Assembly (NCBI RefSeq): GCF_000485595.1
Contig: NW_014577062.1
Span: forward strand, 184,457 to 204,456
Length of the DNA stretch: 20,000 nucleotides
Direction: 5' to 3'
From: Priapulus caudatus
Taxonomy: Eukaryota
Shown here: piece by piece, positions 19,844 through 20,000 of the stretch
Position numbering within the stretch: position 1 is the first letter of the stretch
Layout of the letters: every line of letters starts with the position of its first letter
Made by a program: the position numbers and the translations under genes
Notes under the pieces: model-generated
Seen by the model: the letters and a program-made list of their open reading frames with translations, nothing else
Told to the model about the DNA's origin: nothing
Databases searched by the model: none

Positions 19844-20000
19844 CAGGGAGGCAGGTAGACACGCAGGCATGCACGCAGGCAGGGAGGCAGGTAGACACGC
19901 ATGCGTGCACGCAGGCAGGGAGGCAGGTAGACACGCATGCGTGCACGCAGGCAGGGAGGCAGGTAGACACGCATGCGTGCGCGCAGGCAGGGAGGCAGGG
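19844..20000. repeat. 36-bp minisatellite CAGGGAGGCAGGTAGACACGCATGCGTGCACGCAGG, at least 4.3 copies, runs off the window
   Basis: Units start at 19844, 19880, 19916, 19952 and 19988. Confidence 0.95.

Noticed and set aside
19844..20000. 36-bp repeat as a CRISPR array
   Set aside because: Head-to-tail units with no unique spacers, eukaryotic intron context, no cas genes

Overview
This is eukaryotic (metazoan, most plausibly invertebrate) genomic DNA. Most of the window is one multi-exon + strand gene, an EHMT1/EHMT2 (GLP/G9a) family H3K9 methyltransferase. I traced 19 coding exons by hand (3705-16660, about 1111 codons), all with GT-AG junctions and consistent phases. They encode a long acidic/basic N-terminus with a histone-mimic ARKS motif, the Cys-rich region, ankyrin repeats, the 9-Cys pre-SET and the start of the SET domain. 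The rest of SET and the post-SET are not in the window. Introns and the upstream region hold many non-autonomous DNA transposons (TTAA Kolobok-like, TA Tc1/pogo-like, CAGGG elements with 6-bp TSDs), possible decayed RTE LINE tails, a tandem duplication that produced a donor-dead pseudo-exon, and micro/minisatellites. I found no evidence of prokaryotic-type systems such as CRISPR, and no clearly novel biological system. The findings are features of a known gene and its repeat content.
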